DNA of 64,000 bases. Source: a bacterium (GTDB lineage Bacteria > Bacillota > Clostridia > Christensenellales > Aristaeellaceae). The stretch spans positions 32,211-96,210 of the forward strand of contig CAVFPH010000001.1 of NCBI GenBank assembly GCA_963624325.1, written 5' to 3'. The notes below the pieces were generated by a model that saw only the letters and a list, made by a program, of their open reading frames with translations, was not told where the DNA came from and ran no database searches. Below are positions 62,580 through 64,000 of this stretch, piece after piece (position 1 is the stretch's first letter; each line of letters starts with the position of its first letter). Both the position numbers and the translations under genes were made by a program.

Positions 62580-63965
62580 ATGACGGATTTATTGACCGGC
62601 AGCCCCGCCAAGAAAATTTGCGCGTTTTGCGGGCCGCTCTTGATCGGTAATTTGTTCCAGCAGTTCTATTCAATGGCGGACAGCATTGTTGTCAGTCAGG
62701 TCATGGGGACAGAGGCATTTGCCGCTGTTTCCTCCACCGGCTCCATCAATTTCCTGGTGATCGGATTCGTTCAGGGCATGTGCTCGGGCTGCGCCATTCC
62801 GATTGCGCAGGATTTCGGCGCAGGGGATATGAAGGGGGTCAAGAGAGCACTTGGCGCGTGCGTGTGGATCGGCCTTCTGATGACGCTTGTTATGAGCGTT
62901 GCCATGCACTTTTTCACGGATGACCTGCTTCGCCTTTTGAACACCAAGGAAGAACTTTTTGACTACGCTTACAGCTATATTTATGTGATCTTTGTGGGCA
63001 TGTTTACCACCATGCTCTACAACATGCTTGCAGCAATCCTGCGGGCACTGGGGGACAGCAGAACTCCGCTGTATTTCCTGATTATTGCCTGCCTGCTCAA
63101 TATCGGGCTGGACATCCTTTTCGTAGCTTCTTTCCATATGGGCGTTGCGGGCGCTGCATATGCTACGCTCCTTGCACAGCTCATATCCGGCGTCCTTTGC
63201 TTCTTTACCATGAAGAAGCGCTTTCCGAACCTGAGCCTGAAAACGGCGGATCTGAAATATGACTCCGCCTATATGAACCGCCTTTTCTCCTGCGGCGTAC
63301 CGATGGGACTGCAGTTTTCCATCACGGCAATCGGAAGCGTGGCCGTACAGTCTTCCGTCAACAGCTTGGATGTGAGTGCGATTGCTGCGATGGGCGCAGG
63401 CGGAAAAGTATGCAATTTCGTAACCTGCCCGCTGGACAGCCTGGGAATTGCCATTGCTACCTTCGTCGGGCAGAATTACGGCGCGGCAAGGCTTGACCGA
63501 ATCCGAAAAGGCCTAAGACAGATGATGGCAATCGGCTTGTTCTACTGTGTATTTGCTTTCCTCATGTGCCTGCTTTTCGGGAAATCCATGACCGGGTTAA
63601 TCGGCATCACAGATGAGGAAGTACTGAACCTGTCGCAGCATTTCCTCAGCATTTACAGCCTATTCTATCCCGCGCTGCTGATTATTTACATATTCCGAAA
63701 TGCTGTGCAGGGTTTGGGCTTTTCCCGTGAAGCGATGCTTTCCGGCTTGTTCGAGCTGGTCGGGCGCGTTGCGGTTGCATTCGGCTTTATCACACGCTTT
63801 GGCTTTGAAGCGGCTTGCTTTGCTTCACCTGCTGCCTGGGTGGCGGCGGATGTGCTGCTTTTGTGCCTTTATCACAGAAAAATGGGTCAGCTTTGGCGTT
63901 GGCAGCTTGCCAGAGAACGCGTTGAAAAAATGCGTGCCGAAGTCGATAGAAAGGCAAAACACTGA
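62580..63965 (+). CDS. MATE-family efflux transporter
   Basis: 12-TM protein. N-terminal PLLIGNLFQQFYSMADSIVVSQ typical of the MATE/NorM-DinF family. AGGAGG before ATG 62580. Confidence 0.85.
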   Translation: MTDLLTGSPAKKICAFCGPLLIGNLFQQFYSMADSIVVSQVMGTEAFAAVSSTGSINFLVIGFVQGMCSGCAIPIAQDFGAGDMKGVKRALGACVWIGLLMTLVMSVAMHFFTDDLLRLLNTKEELFDYAYSYIYVIFVGMFTTMLYNMLAAILRALGDSRTPLYFLIIACLLNIGLDILFVASFHMGVAGAAYATLLAQLISGVLCFFTMKKRFPNLSLKTADLKYDSAYMNRLFSCGVPMGLQFSITAIGSVAVQSSVNSLDVSAIAAMGAGGKVCNFVTCPLDSLGIAIATFVGQNYGAARLDRIRKGLRQMMAIGLFYCVFAFLMCLLFGKSMTGLIGITDEEVLNLSQHFLSIYSLFYPALLIIYIFRNAVQGLGFSREAMLSGLFELVGRVAVAFGFITRFGFEAACFASPAAWVAADVLLLCLYHRKMGQLWRWQLARERVEKMRAEVDRKAKH

Positions 63966-64000
63966 AAAAAGCTCAGACAATCGGCTGCTGTGCATGGGCA

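Overview
Moderately GC-rich chromosomal segment. Gene content, strong AGGAGG-type RBSs and GC-hairpin/T-run terminators look like an anaerobic Firmicute (Clostridia), which is inference only. I support about 50 tightly packed protein-coding genes. I saw no rRNA or tRNA genes, CRISPR array, transposase, integrase or phage genes.

Gene order, left to right:
- TelA-like / LemA-like / TPM envelope-stress trio
- MBL hydrolase, RlmD-type rRNA methyltransferase, peptidase T
- DUF308(HdeD)-MMPL-secreted coiled-coil operon
- accessory sulfatase locus (10.4-21 kb): three leaderless Cys-type sulfatases, DeoR regulator, LplABC-like ABC importer, BadF/GlcNAc-kinase-like ATPase
- aroK and an ECF sigma/anti-sigma pair
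- acyl-CoA ligase preceded by a Tyr-rich leader ORF plus terminator, then an M18 aminopeptidase
- oppABCDF (minus strand), tex, SGNH hydrolase
- aldose-1-epimerase-family gene broken by one in-frame TAG
- CapA-like protein, RseC-like protein plus CMPC thioredoxin
- RNase J, ylbF-like, mltG, U32 peptidase, TIM-barrel protein, ribulokinase, glycogen phosphorylase
- preQ1-I riboswitch with queT, and a Zn-ribbon membrane protein
- BMP-type purine/nucleoside ABC operon with an embedded adenine deaminase
- hpf, PHP protein, xth, a VanY/M15B homologue lacking its metal ligands, and a MATE exporter

I did not find a self-evident new defence or mobile system. The best leads are:
- the Tyr-codon leader/terminator in front of the ligase
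- the cytoplasmic three-sulfatase import/desulfation locus and its repeat-rich control region
- the MMPL plus secreted heptad-repeat protein pair
- the degenerate VanY-like pseudoenzyme

The many long ORFs antisense to real genes in the ORF track are shadow ORFs. Start codons were re-picked by eye from RBS spacing and are less certain than stops. All family calls come from remembered motifs, not searches.
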